Part shown: positions 9,965-21,859 of the stretch, piece by piece
How the letters are laid out: each line of letters starts with the position of its first letter
Numbering within the stretch: position 1 is the first letter of the stretch
NCBI GenBank assembly: GCA_050293845.1
Contig: JBNKNM010000047.1
Coordinates: 1-30,738, forward strand
Direction: 5' to 3'
DNA from: Pseudobacteriovorax sp.
Lineage (GTDB): Bacteria > Bdellovibrionota_B > Oligoflexia > Oligoflexales > Oligoflexaceae
DNA length: 30,738 nt
Translations under genes and position numbers: made by a program
Notes under the pieces: generated by a model
Told to the model about the DNA's origin: nothing
What the model saw: the letters and a program-made list of their open reading frames with translations, nothing else
Databases searched by the model: none

Positions 9965-11206
9965 ATGAAAGTGGAACAGGAACCTCACTTTGAAAATAAA
10001 TTCACCCCCCATCACAGCAGTCATTCTTCTAGACTTCCTGGTTACTATGAGCTTCCTATAGGAGAGCGGCGGTCAATCGTCGCTAATATCTGCCAATTAG
10101 ACTCGGAAGAGCACGAAGCCATAAGGCAATTTGGCTCACTAAACCCCGAGCTCACCGATGTCTTTATAGAAAACGCCATTGGCACCATGAGCCTACCCTT
10201 GGGTATCGCTACCAACTTCCAGATCAATGGAACCGATGTGCTCATCCCTATGGCCGTGGAAGAAAGCAGTGTCATAGCTGCTGCCAGTCATGGCGCCAAA
10301 TTAGCAAGGGCTGGAGGAGGATTTACAACTAGCTCGACAGCTCCCATTGGAACGGGACAGATTCAAGTTTTTCCCGATAGGGTTGAGGATTTTGATAGCA
10401 AGCTAGCTCCCTTAAAAGAACAAATCATGGCCCTGGCTAACATTGGCATGGATCGGCTTATCGCCAGAGGCGGCGGTGTCAAGGATGTGTCGTGGCGCTA
10501 CAGCAAGGAAATTAACTCGCTCACCTTTTACGTCGATGTTGACACCCGCGATGCCATGGGCGCCAATATTATCAATACTATATGTGAGCGCCTGTCCAGC
10601 GACCTTCTAAGAATGATACCAGGCCGCATGGGCCTCAGAATCTTGACCAATTTGACTGACAAGCGCTTAGCAAGAGCCCACTGCTTAGTTCCTAAAGAGG
10701 CTTTCCACAACAAGAACTTCTCAGGTGCAGAAGTTGTCGAAAGAATCGAGGCTGCTTACCTTTTTGCCGCCCACGATGTTTACCGTGCAGCCACCCACAA
10801 TAAGGGCGTTATGAATGGTATTGATCCCGTAGTCATAGCGACCGGAAATGATTGGCGAGCTGTAGAGGCGGGAGCTCATGCTTACTGCTGCCGCACCGGA
10901 GTCTACCAGCCCATGACCCGCTGGTGGAAAAATGCCGAGGACAACCTGGAAGGCTTTATTGAACTACCTATGGCTTTAGGTACCGTAGGGGGAGTTACCA
11001 AATTACACCCGACCGCCCAAGCAGCCCTGAAAATATTGGGACAGCCTAGCGCCCAAGGCCTGGCTGAAATTGTCTGTGCTGTTGGTCTGGCCCAAAACCT
11101 GTCAGCCCTTAGGGCGCTGGCATCAGAAGGTATCCAACAAGGACATATGAGCCTCCATCAGCAAAATATCGAATTAAGCCGCAAGCAGGGAGAGCTGGAG
11201 CATTGA
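9965..11206 (+). CDS. mvaA: Class II HMG-CoA reductase
   Basis: ENAIG, PMAVEESSVIAAAS, DAMGANIIN, RAATHNKGVMNG, GNDWRAVEAGAH, GIQQGHMSLH. Confidence 0.93.
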   Translation: MKVEQEPHFENKFTPHHSSHSSRLPGYYELPIGERRSIVANICQLDSEEHEAIRQFGSLNPELTDVFIENAIGTMSLPLGIATNFQINGTDVLIPMAVEESSVIAAASHGAKLARAGGGFTTSSTAPIGTGQIQVFPDRVEDFDSKLAPLKEQIMALANIGMDRLIARGGGVKDVSWRYSKEINSLTFYVDVDTRDAMGANIINTICERLSSDLLRMIPGRMGLRILTNLTDKRLARAHCLVPKEAFHNKNFSGAEVVERIEAAYLFAAHDVYRAATHNKGVMNGIDPVVIATGNDWRAVEAGAHAYCCRTGVYQPMTRWWKNAEDNLEGFIELPMALGTVGGVTKLHPTAQAALKILGQPSAQGLAEIVCAVGLAQNLSALRALASEGIQQGHMSLHQQNIELSRKQGELEH

Positions 11207-12177
11207 CGGTATCCCAAACTTCAGTTCCCGGCAAAGTTATGATCACAGGAGAGTACAGTGTTCTACAAGGGCACCCTGCCCTGGCGGTCACAGTTGACAA
11301 GCGCTTGACCGCTCAGGCTTCTCCCCGGGAAACAGGTTTTGAGCTGTCAACGAACATTTGGGAGTCCCGCCACACCTTTCCAAGCCTCAACCTGGATAGC
11401 AAAGATATTTTCCACAGCACCTGTGCTTGGGCTCAAAAACAGTGGAACCTTAACTCGTTTGCCATTGCAGTATCGTCTGATATTGCAGTGCGCGATGGCA
11501 TCGGGAGTTCGTCAGCACTGCGTCTTGCCTGCCTTGCTGCACTACAAGATTTGCAGCAAGAGCCGCGTCTTAGCCATGAAGAGCTAGCAAAATTAGCTTG
11601 GCAGAGGCAAAGGGAGCAGCAAGGGTTTGCTTCGGGTTATGATGTAGCTACGCAGCTAGTAGGCGGATTGGTAAAATTCGTAAGCGATCAATGGGATTGG
11701 TCGTGGGAGAAGTATGCCTGGAATCGTCTTCAAGATGTTGTCCATATATACGCTGGGGGCAAGGGAGCTCCCACAGATAAAGTCGGAGGCTCTACCCTTT
11801 CTTGGTTGCAGGAGCAGGACTTATTCTTGGACTTAATTACTATCAGCAATCATCTGGTAACAAAGCTGGTGGCATTTAACCACGCCGGCTGCAATTTCTC
11901 GGAAATCGTTACCTTGACATCACAGCATCGTAATATTTTTATCCGCAACCTGAATTTTCCTAACAAGGTCTATCAAGCCTTATATGAGCTTCCAGGTTTT
12001 GATCAGAATTGGAGCTTTAAAACCACAGGTGCTGGTGGGGAAGACTCTATTCTCATCATTCATCCAGGACCACCTGATGAGATGATCAATCATAAGCTGG
12101 CAAAATTAGGTTGGTTCCCAGCCCCTTTCAAGCCTGATAATCAGGGGCTCAAAAGCATCAGAGGAGATCTTTATTGA
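11203..12177 (+). CDS. mvaK2: Phosphomevalonate kinase (GHMP family)
   Basis: PGKVMITGEYSV, GIGSSSA, SGYDVA, KTTGAGGED; operon context; TTGA overlap with mvaA. Confidence 0.8.
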   Translation: MTVSQTSVPGKVMITGEYSVLQGHPALAVTVDKRLTAQASPRETGFELSTNIWESRHTFPSLNLDSKDIFHSTCAWAQKQWNLNSFAIAVSSDIAVRDGIGSSSALRLACLAALQDLQQEPRLSHEELAKLAWQRQREQQGFASGYDVATQLVGGLVKFVSDQWDWSWEKYAWNRLQDVVHIYAGGKGAPTDKVGGSTLSWLQEQDLFLDLITISNHLVTKLVAFNHAGCNFSEIVTLTSQHRNIFIRNLNFPNKVYQALYELPGFDQNWSFKTTGAGGEDSILIIHPGPPDEMINHKLAKLGWFPAPFKPDNQGLKSIRGDLY

Positions 12178-13208
12178 GACCAGCAGTATACCAAGCGACG
12201 GCACCCAGCAACATCGCCTTTTTAAAATACTGGGGCAAGGCAGATGAAAGCCTACAATGGCCGGCAAACGACTCTTTATCGATGACTCTTAGTGGGCTGT
12301 GTAGTACCACAGAAGTACAGATCATGGCAGCTCCAGACCACGAAGTTTACCTATCAGGACAGCTTTTGAACCGTAGTCATAGCAAAGGTCGGAAAATATT
12401 TAATCACATCGACTTTCTCGCATCTCAGTTCAAGCAAGATACAAAACTCAAAATACAATCGCAAAATAGTTTCCCCACGGGTTGTGGCATCGCTAGCAGT
12501 GCTAGCGGCATGGCCGCCCTTACCATAGCGGTGCTGGCAGCCTGGTTTAATATTGAAAAGTTGGAGGATTTTCCCTCAGCTTCCCTAAGCCTGAGCCAGC
12601 TAGCGCAGCTTTCAAGAATGGGTTCAGGGAGCGCGGGACGTAGTTTATACGGTGGATTTGTAAGGTGGCAAAAGGGGACATCCGCTGCGGAACAGAGCAT
12701 CGTCCCAGCCTTTGCGCATCACCACTGGTCACTAATGGATACAGTCGTGCTGTTTTCATCCCAAGAAAAAAGTGTCGGTTCTACCGAAGCCCATCGAGCT
12801 GCCTGGACATCTCCTTTATTCAAACCTCGACTTGCTGGCATTGAGGATCGATTGCAGCAAATGCTATCTGCCCTAGCCCATAAGGATATGAAAAGATTAG
12901 GCCCCTTAATGGAAACTGAAACGCTGGAAATGCACGGTGTGATTATGAGCGCAAAACCAGCAGTCTTTTACTTTGATCAAAAAACAGCAGACTTTTTAGC
13001 TTGGGTCAGACACCGGCGTCAGGAACGCGGCATTCCCGTATATTTCACCTTAGATGCTGGACCCAACGTGCACTTGATATACGAAAGTGAATACCATAAA
13101 GATGTACTTAATCTATTAAGTCAGTACCCTGAGGTAGGTGAAATCCTGAGCGATGAAATCGGAAGCGGTCCTGTGTTGAAAAAAATTGAATCTGAGGCAA
13201 AACTGTGA
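12174..13208 (+). CDS. mvaD: Diphosphomevalonate decarboxylase
   Basis: SNIAFLKYWGK, NSFPTGCGIASSASG, RMGSGSAGRSLYGGF, YFTLDAGPNVH. Confidence 0.93.
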   Translation: MRPAVYQATAPSNIAFLKYWGKADESLQWPANDSLSMTLSGLCSTTEVQIMAAPDHEVYLSGQLLNRSHSKGRKIFNHIDFLASQFKQDTKLKIQSQNSFPTGCGIASSASGMAALTIAVLAAWFNIEKLEDFPSASLSLSQLAQLSRMGSGSAGRSLYGGFVRWQKGTSAAEQSIVPAFAHHHWSLMDTVVLFSSQEKSVGSTEAHRAAWTSPLFKPRLAGIEDRLQQMLSALAHKDMKRLGPLMETETLEMHGVIMSAKPAVFYFDQKTADFLAWVRHRRQERGIPVYFTLDAGPNVHLIYESEYHKDVLNLLSQYPEVGEILSDEIGSGPVLKKIESEAKL

Positions 13209-14179
13209 GTGAAAATAATCAATCCAATACGTACAACGACTTCTCTATGGCTTCTCTGCCCAAGGTCGGTCGTGGTTCCGCTTGTGGCAAAGCTATAATT
13301 GTTGGTGAACATGCCGTCGTTTATGGAGCCCATGCTGTAGCGATGCCTCTACTCCAAATCGGTATGGAGCTTGAAGTAAGACCTCACCTTGACGATTTAC
13401 AGTCCGATCATTTCCGCCTCAAGCTCAGTGATAAAGTGGTATCTGAACGGATTGCAGAGATCATCCCCGATGCCTTTAGGCTCATAGACCAGGAGTTTTT
13501 CCCCTTAACTATGAAAGGGCACTCATCCATCCCCATGGGTGCCGGTTTAGGATCTTCTGCAACCCTCTGTATTGCAGCTCTACGCTCCATATTAGATTCT
13601 TGTAGCCAATCACTAAGTCGTGATGAGATAGCCGAAATGGGCAATCGTATGGAGCGACGCTTCCACGGTAATCCCTCAGGCCTAGATACTGCTGTCATTG
13701 CTTATGAGGAGTGTGTTTACTTTGCCCGGGAGCAGACTATCAACCCCATTAAGGTCAATGGTGGTAGCAAGAAAAAATGGCACTTTGCATTGATTGATAG
13801 CAAAATTCGCGCTTCCACTATGGCTATGATCAAGATTGCCGAACCCTATTTTAAATGCTCCCAGGGTGATAGGCGCATCGATCGTTTTGATCTTGCAGCC
13901 CAGGCTGTTAAGACAGCGTTGCCTCACCATGACTATCAAATTGTCGCTTCTGCCATGGAAGAGTGCGGAGCTTTGCTCGTTGAAGCTGGTGTTGTTCCTC
14001 CTTCAATTCTTGACATGTTATCGCAATGCCATCAACTTGGGGTACCTGCTGCCAAAACCACTGGCGCTGGTGGCGGAGGGACTATTATTTGCCTTTTAGA
14101 GTGTGATCAATGGTCCTATCAGTATCAAAAAATTAAGGAGCACTTTGTAGGTTTCCCTACCTTTCATATTTGCTTCTAA
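13205..14179 (+). CDS. mvaK1: Mevalonate kinase
   Basis: GKAIIVGEHAVVYG, PMGAGLGSSA, HGNPSGLD, AKTTGAGGGG. Confidence 0.9.
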   Translation: MSENNQSNTYNDFSMASLPKVGRGSACGKAIIVGEHAVVYGAHAVAMPLLQIGMELEVRPHLDDLQSDHFRLKLSDKVVSERIAEIIPDAFRLIDQEFFPLTMKGHSSIPMGAGLGSSATLCIAALRSILDSCSQSLSRDEIAEMGNRMERRFHGNPSGLDTAVIAYEECVYFAREQTINPIKVNGGSKKKWHFALIDSKIRASTMAMIKIAEPYFKCSQGDRRIDRFDLAAQAVKTALPHHDYQIVASAMEECGALLVEAGVVPPSILDMLSQCHQLGVPAAKTTGAGGGGTIICLLECDQWSYQYQKIKEHFVGFPTFHICF

Positions 14180-14655
14180 TCCCCAGATTTGCCATTTTCG
14201 TCGGACGCGGTGTTGCTTAGGAAAAAAGTTCCACGACTTTTTGACATCGCGACTTGATGCAGCCGAAAATGGCAAGTCTAGTGGTCCAAATTTCGATAAC
14301 TTACTTGATGTCCTTACCAAATCTGACCACTATTTGCTAAAACTGGTCATGCTAGAAGGTTACTTTGCTGATGCTATGTCACCTCAGATCGAAAAACAAA
14401 TATTTCATGACTTAAAAGCGCTCCCTCAATCGTCTATCAAAAAGAATGAGTTGCCACCTATACGATAAAAGAGCGACATTATGACCATATTAAAATCAAT
14501 ACGCCATAACTGCTTGATGAATTTCATCGAAAAATCGCAAGATTTTATCACTTCTGTTTTTAGACAAAAATACAGGAGACGAATGCCAAGGAGAGATATT
14601 TAAATATTCCCTTTAATTTCAGATATAAAGGAACAATATCGGAAGCAGATCTTGA

Positions 14656-14671
14656 TGGCACAACCTTTGCT
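14656..14671 (+). promoter_or_regulatory. Sigma-54 (-24/-12) promoter
   Basis: TGGCAC-AACCT-TTGCT matches TGGCAC-N5-TTGCW exactly; intergenic, 115 bp upstream of ORF 14786. Confidence 0.65.
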
Positions 14672-14785
14672 ATATGTATCAGCAATGGCCAGTCTGTTTC
14701 CTTTAAACTGGAACTGAAATTAAAGTTAACAGCCATTATAAAGTTACTGGTGCAATTGCGTATAAAAATAGGGGTTATTTGAGTT

Positions 14786-15073
14786 TTGCATTACCTATCA
14801 AAAAACACGATCCTAAGAATACTTAACCAAGAGTCTATAGAATTCGTTATAAGAAATGGCATCAAAGATGAAAATTTGCGAAATATTGGCTGTCTCTATT
14901 TTCTCAATGACCATAGTATTGGAGAAGTTGCAGCTATTTGTGGATTAACTAAAAAACACGCCGAAGCAAAAGTCTCCAGGCTACTTCTCATTCTCACGCG
15001 CAGTATTATACGCTGGCAACAAGAACAGGAAGTCCCTGAAACTAAATACCGGAAGCTAGTCCAATGCCAATAA
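14786..15073 (+). CDS. Small sigma-70 region-4-like HTH protein
   Basis: LYFLNDHSIGEVAAICGLTKKHAEAKVSR resembles sigma r4.2/ECF HTH; TTG start; no region 2. Confidence 0.55.
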   Translation: MHYLSKNTILRILNQESIEFVIRNGIKDENLRNIGCLYFLNDHSIGEVAAICGLTKKHAEAKVSRLLLILTRSIIRWQQEQEVPETKYRKLVQCQ

Positions 15074-15084
15074 AACGTCCAACA

Positions 15085-15354
15085 TTATGCCTCAGCAGAA
15101 GTTATAACAGCAGCGCTGCAATCTAAGGAAAAACGAATAAATTTAGATAAAACTTCTGCTTTTGAAGCACAGCCAACTTTAAGGTTAATATTCTTGAGGT
15201 GAATGCGAACAGTGTTGGGTGAAATATTCAAAACTGCAGCACTTTTTTCCGCTCTAACTTTTCCCAAAATGAGTTGATACAGAACATCAACTTCGCGTGG
15301 TGATAAATGAAAGTTACTGGCAAATTCTTTTACCTTTTCCTCGATGATATCCAT
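15085..15354 (-). CDS. Stand-alone LuxR/GerE-type HTH regulator
   Basis: LSPREVDVL...AAVLNISPNTVRIHLKNINLKVG; GGAG upstream. Confidence 0.85.
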   Translation of the reverse strand: MDIIEEKVKEFASNFHLSPREVDVLYQLILGKVRAEKSAAVLNISPNTVRIHLKNINLKVGCASKAEVLSKFIRFSLDCSAAVITSAEA

Positions 15355-15693
15355 CCAAAACTCCCGGCAGATTTAATTGGTGCTTGAATTTTTTGCCAAA
15401 GCTTCGCTCACCAAATGAAAAGAGCATGCTTTTCTTTTGGAAAAATAGTCCAAATAATAAAGAGTGTTCCTCTTATTCTTAAAACTATGGCTTGGGCATA
15501 AAATTAGAAAAAACTTTGCAAATTTAGAGCCAAAAATATTTTTAGTAATATTAGATAATTAATCTAAACAACTATATCAACTTCTATTCAGATGTATAAT
15601 TTTTCCTTAAAATCACGCCCCTATCCTACCTCGGTAAATTTTTCCCATAATGGTAATTACCCCATTCCGATAGGTTCAATAGAAGGAGTCAAT

Positions 15694-16323
15694 ATGTGGC
15701 TTAAGATCATAGTTATCTTTACCGGGATATTTACTAACCTTACAGCACCAGGTAAGGAGGTAACATTAGACGAGCTGATTAATTATGCAGAACTAGACCA
15801 CAATATCATCCTAGATGGATTTCGCGCTGGCAATCATGATGCTTCCGGTATCAACGATTATTACTTCCATATCCAAATGTATGCTCTTGCCATTCTTAAG
15901 GAAGAAAGAAAAAAAGCATTTGAGGAACGACTGCAAATCTCTCGGGACATGGGAAGCTTCGGTGATCTTCAGTTAAAAACTTTATCTTACTGGGGAGGGG
16001 ATGCAGCTCCGGTACAAAGTAGAATATATGGTGAGGATGTTCGTGATCTCATGTCTGAGGCTATGCGCTCGTTCAAGATATCCGAGAACCACGTTGCTAT
16101 TTTGGTGAAGGTTTTTTTATATGAAAAAAATAAACAATTTATTTTTTTTGGCAAAGATCAGCTAATAGGACAAAGCTCTTATTACATTGTACCCGAGTCT
16201 ATCCCACACAAACCCAAGCTAGAAAATAAGTCTATCGAAATCAGCGATGAGCTGGGAACCATGGTCATACTTAAGATCAAGTATGACGCCCTTGACCCTA
16301 GAAGAAAAAAGAAAAAAAAGTAG
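15694..16323 (+). CDS. Exported hypothetical protein with basic C-terminal tail
   Basis: AAGGAG then ATG 15694; signal-like MWLKIIVIFTGIF; ends PRRKKKKK. Confidence 0.7.
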   Translation: MWLKIIVIFTGIFTNLTAPGKEVTLDELINYAELDHNIILDGFRAGNHDASGINDYYFHIQMYALAILKEERKKAFEERLQISRDMGSFGDLQLKTLSYWGGDAAPVQSRIYGEDVRDLMSEAMRSFKISENHVAILVKVFLYEKNKQFIFFGKDQLIGQSSYYIVPESIPHKPKLENKSIEISDELGTMVILKIKYDALDPRRKKKKK

Positions 16324-16328
16324 CTAAG

Positions 16329-18086
16329 TTATATCTCAAAAATTACAGACTCATCCGACTTATAGAGCACTTCAATGAAGTCTTTATGCTGGGTATGCAC
16401 AACAGTGCGTTTTATTTTCAACGATGGTGTTAAGCTGCCTTTGGAAACAGAAAAACTATTTTTCATCACTCCAACGCGCTTTATGGTTTCATAGCTCGCC
16501 AAGGGCTCATTCACTTCTCCCAGATGCCGCTTCAGCTTAGTTTTACGCTCGTGTATCGGCGTTTCTCCTATGATCTCGAGATTCAGAGAAACTAACGCTA
16601 CACAGTACTTACGCTCATCACCTATCACCATAGCGTCCTGGATTAGGGGGTCCGACTTAAGTCTGTCTTCTATGGGAATGGGGGCCACATACTTACCACC
16701 AGAGGTTTTAAGGAGTTCCTTTTTACGACCCACAATAGTCAGACGATTTTCCTCATCCACAGTGCCTAGGTCACCGGTAGCTAACCAACCATCTACAAAC
16801 GCTTCCTCAGTAGCCTGGGGATTTTTGTAATAGCCCTTAAAGTTCCAGGGGGCTTTGAAAAGAATCTCCTGGTCATCAGCAATTTTCATTTCGTTGCCGG
16901 CAAACACCTTACCGCAGCTGCCAATAACGGATTCGTCCGGACTATTAAGCACACCCAGGCAAAGGTTTTCGGTCAACCCATAAACTTCACGAATTCTTAC
17001 GCCAAAGGCACCAAAGAAACTCATCACCTCAGGCCTAGTGGGTGCAGAGCCGGTGATAAACATGCGACACCGATCCAACCCTAACCGCACTTTCAACTTA
17101 TTTCCGACAAGAAGATCGCTAAGTTTCGCCTGCCAGGTGCTATCTTTTTCTGCCAGAATACAATTATCTACGATCCTTTTTTCACCCAGCGACTGTGCGA
17201 ATTTGAAAAGTTTCTTCTTCACCGGCGGGGCGACCAGTAAACCGGACTTTATTTTTTCGTAAATTTTCTCCCATAGTCGCGGGACACAAAGCAAGATGGT
17301 AGGGCGACAGCGCACCAAATCTTCCCCTAAAGTATCGATGCTACGGGCAAAAGCTACTTCAGATCCGGTGATGATGGAACCAAGCTCGACAAGGATTCGC
17401 TCTGCCACATGGGAAAGGGGTAAAAATGAAATATAACGGTCGGTTTCACCAGTATGGCTCTCCAAGGTATGGAAGAGGGGCTCACTGGCAGCTGCAAAGT
17501 TTCCATGGGTATGCATGACCCCTTTGGGGAGACCCGTAGTACCGGAGGTATAGATAATGGTACACAGATCATCTCGATCAAGCTTCACGTTTTTCTCTAG
17601 CTTCAGCTTTTTCTGCCTTCTAATCTCACTATAATAGTGCACTTTTGCCGTAAAACTTTGGGATAAATGCTTCGGGGCTCTATCGAAAACGACAATGTTT
17701 TTAATATCAATATCTTTTATGATTTCAATACGTTCTAGCTGATCAACCAAGAGGAAATTCGACTCCGAGTGACCTAGAATGTAAGTAACATCCTGCTGCG
17801 ATGAGGTCGCATAGATCGGTATGCTGATAGCACCAATGGACATGATCGCTAAATCAGAAATCAGCCACTCAGGCCTATTCCCAGACAAAATAGCTACCTT
17901 ATCGCCGCGACCAACTCCTTGTTTTTGTAGCCAGCCAGCTAGTATACCCACTTCTTCTCCATAAGCTGACCATGTCATGTCAACCCACTTCAAATCCGTA
18001 CTGCGACAGTAGTAAAAGGCTCTTTTATGAGATAGCTCTTTGGATTTTTTGAAGAAAACTTCAGGTAATAAATTCGAATTCGCCAT
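16329..18086 (-). CDS. fadD: Long-chain-fatty-acid--CoA ligase (AMP-forming)
   Basis: IYTSGTTGLPKG, SFLPLSHVAER, EVYGLTE, GWLATGDLG, GRKKELLKTSGGKYVAP; start at 18086 follows AGGGG. Confidence 0.9.
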   Translation of the reverse strand: MANSNLLPEVFFKKSKELSHKRAFYYCRSTDLKWVDMTWSAYGEEVGILAGWLQKQGVGRGDKVAILSGNRPEWLISDLAIMSIGAISIPIYATSSQQDVTYILGHSESNFLLVDQLERIEIIKDIDIKNIVVFDRAPKHLSQSFTAKVHYYSEIRRQKKLKLEKNVKLDRDDLCTIIYTSGTTGLPKGVMHTHGNFAAASEPLFHTLESHTGETDRYISFLPLSHVAERILVELGSIITGSEVAFARSIDTLGEDLVRCRPTILLCVPRLWEKIYEKIKSGLLVAPPVKKKLFKFAQSLGEKRIVDNCILAEKDSTWQAKLSDLLVGNKLKVRLGLDRCRMFITGSAPTRPEVMSFFGAFGVRIREVYGLTENLCLGVLNSPDESVIGSCGKVFAGNEMKIADDQEILFKAPWNFKGYYKNPQATEEAFVDGWLATGDLGTVDEENRLTIVGRKKELLKTSGGKYVAPIPIEDRLKSDPLIQDAMVIGDERKYCVALVSLNLEIIGETPIHERKTKLKRHLGEVNEPLASYETIKRVGVMKNSFSVSKGSLTPSLKIKRTVVHTQHKDFIEVLYKSDESVIFEI

Positions 18087-18251
18087 TGATGTCCCCTGAT
18101 GCTGTCCTACTTGATTTGGCTGGCCGCCGATTATGGCCGCAAAGCGGTGTTTGCACAAGTGTTTTATGCCCGATGATTGCTACAGAAAATGGCTACAACC
18201 CCTAAAGAATGGGGGATTTCCACCGAAGAGGTAATGATCATGGGGGGTTTC

Positions 18252-18779
18252 ATGAAGCAGTCCATTTGGTTAAGCTTTTTTTTACTAGGCTCTTGCGTTA
18301 CCAAGCCACAGCCTCAAGTGGCCCAGTGTTACTGCGGCCCCCTTATTTCTATGACCTCCCAACAAAAGTCTTGTGGCATTTGGGAGAAGGCTGAAGACCT
18401 TGATCGCCACCCCCCCATTCTCCGTTCCTTAGATGCCGACTGTACCCCATCAGCTTGCGCAAAGATGGCCCAAAAAATCTGCCATAAGGTTATCCATTGG
18501 CCCCACCGGGTTCAGATGGATAAGAGCAAGCCAGCGATCGACCGGCCATGCTACTGCGATCAGGTAGTCATTATGAAAGGGAATCGCCCCGAAACGGTTT
18601 GCGCCGCGTGGGTGCCCGGAGAGCCTACCTTACTGGAGTACTTTGCACTCGATCAATGCAACGTCGAAACTTGTCAGAATGAGCCCTTTGTTCTTGCTCA
18701 ATCCCATTGCCAGCTAGGCTTTGTATCTTTTTACCAGCAATCCCCAGATCTGCTGGAAGAAAATGAATCAGGAGATTAG
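18252..18779 (+). CDS. Cys-rich lipoprotein with two internal 6-Cys repeats
   Basis: MKQSIWLSFFLLGSC lipobox; CYC..CxxW..Cx4C..C pattern occurs twice. Confidence 0.7.
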   Translation: MKQSIWLSFFLLGSCVTKPQPQVAQCYCGPLISMTSQQKSCGIWEKAEDLDRHPPILRSLDADCTPSACAKMAQKICHKVIHWPHRVQMDKSKPAIDRPCYCDQVVIMKGNRPETVCAAWVPGEPTLLEYFALDQCNVETCQNEPFVLAQSHCQLGFVSFYQQSPDLLEENESGD

Positions 18780-19574
18780 ATGCAACACGTTAGCGCTATA
18801 GAAAAACTTATCGAAAACGGCCAGACGGAAGAGGCTAAGGATTCCTTAGTGCAGCTTTTAGAGCTAGGCCCCAATAATATCATGGCGTTAAAGCTGCTAG
18901 CATCCCTATATGTGCAACAGGGGAAATTTGAAGAGGAAGAGCAGACCTGGAGGCGTATTTTTGAAATCGATAACGAAGATGAAGATGCTATCGAATTCTA
19001 TCAGCGGGCACAGCTGGAAGATCGAGAGCATTACTATTTCACCGACATTCTCCCTGAAGGGGGGCGCCGATTTATCGCTTATCCCCGCTCCCTGATCCAG
19101 ATTTCCCTACTTGGGCTGATCGGCTGCATCGCCTTTCTTATGCTGACTCGATTAGCCTCTGATGAGGCGGTGATGAAGTCCCCTGTCGCGATTATGGTGA
19201 GTTTCCTAATACTGGTTATTTCTCCATGGATCGGCATCATTTATACTTGGGCAAAGTCACTCCGAGCCGTGAATATCAACGAGTCTTCCATCGAGTTCAC
19301 CACTCGCTTCAAGAGTTTTCGCTTCGATTGGGACAAGATTGAAAAAATTAGCCTGGCTCACTCGCAGCATCCGCAAGACAACGAACTGCGCTTAGTTATC
19401 GTTCCCCGTCCCAAAGCCAATACTCCCCTGGTATCCATCGATTTTCGCGAAGACTCCTCATCGATTCGTGCCAGACGCTACCTGATTAATGAAATTCGCG
19501 GTTACCACGATCTCATAGATTATGACGTACTCGAACAGCTTGACCTCGATAAAAGAAAAACGATTACCCTTTAA
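18780..19574 (+). CDS. TPR-repeat membrane protein (TPR, 2 TM helices, bacterial-PH-like C-terminal domain)
   Basis: LELGPNNIMALKLLASLYVQQGKFEE TPR pattern; two hydrophobic helices; FDWDKIEKI; AGGAG RBS. Confidence 0.7.
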   Translation: MQHVSAIEKLIENGQTEEAKDSLVQLLELGPNNIMALKLLASLYVQQGKFEEEEQTWRRIFEIDNEDEDAIEFYQRAQLEDREHYYFTDILPEGGRRFIAYPRSLIQISLLGLIGCIAFLMLTRLASDEAVMKSPVAIMVSFLILVISPWIGIIYTWAKSLRAVNINESSIEFTTRFKSFRFDWDKIEKISLAHSQHPQDNELRLVIVPRPKANTPLVSIDFREDSSSIRARRYLINEIRGYHDLIDYDVLEQLDLDKRKTITL

Positions 19575-19864
19575 ACCGGGACCTGAAACAGGAAAATCAT
19601 TTTTAAGCTCCCTGGTGTAACGAAAGGGACATTTTTTCACTTCCCGATTTAAAAAAGATAACTTAAAACTCAAATTTTTTTTCTCCTTCCCTTGACTTCG
19701 GAAAAAAGATACTTATTTTCCATTCGAGTAATAATAAGTCCCTATGAAAATTCAATTTTCGCGGGGGCGCATGCGAGACATCACATTCAGCTTTTATGAC
19801 GTATCTAAAGACTGAATACTTTTCGTCTTCAGTGTTTAAACATAACTTTTGTTGGAGGCATTTT

Positions 19865-20152
19865 ATGAAGCTTAGACCTTTGCAGGATCGTATCCTCGTT
19901 AAGCGTCTCGAGGCAGAATCTAAAACTGCTAGTGGAATCATCATTCCAGATAACGCCAAAGAAAAACCTATGGAAGGTGAAGTCATCGCCGTTGGCAACG
20001 GTAAAGTACTCAATGACGGCAAGCTAGCCAAGCCCGATGTTGTAGTAGGCGATAGAATACTATTCAGCAAATATGCTGGCTCTGAGGTTAAGCTAGAGGG
20101 AACCGATCATCTCATCCTGCGCGAAGATGATATCCTTGGCGTTCTATCTTGA
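19865..20152 (+). CDS. groES: Co-chaperonin GroES
   Basis: [14 protein letters not shown]...TASGIIIPD...[16 protein letters not shown] before ATG 19865. Confidence 0.98.
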   Translation: MKLRPLQDRILVKRLEAESKTASGIIIPDNAKEKPMEGEVIAVGNGKVLNDGKLAKPDVVVGDRILFSKYAGSEVKLEGTDHLILREDDILGVLS

Positions 20153-20191
20153 TCGGAATTTAATTTCAACTAACTTAAAATACAGGAATAA

Positions 20192-21859
<1,668 letters not shown>

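Noticed and set aside
14241..14468. 75 aa ORF after mvaK1
   Set aside because: TTG start without clear RBS and no recognisable motif; cannot support it as a gene
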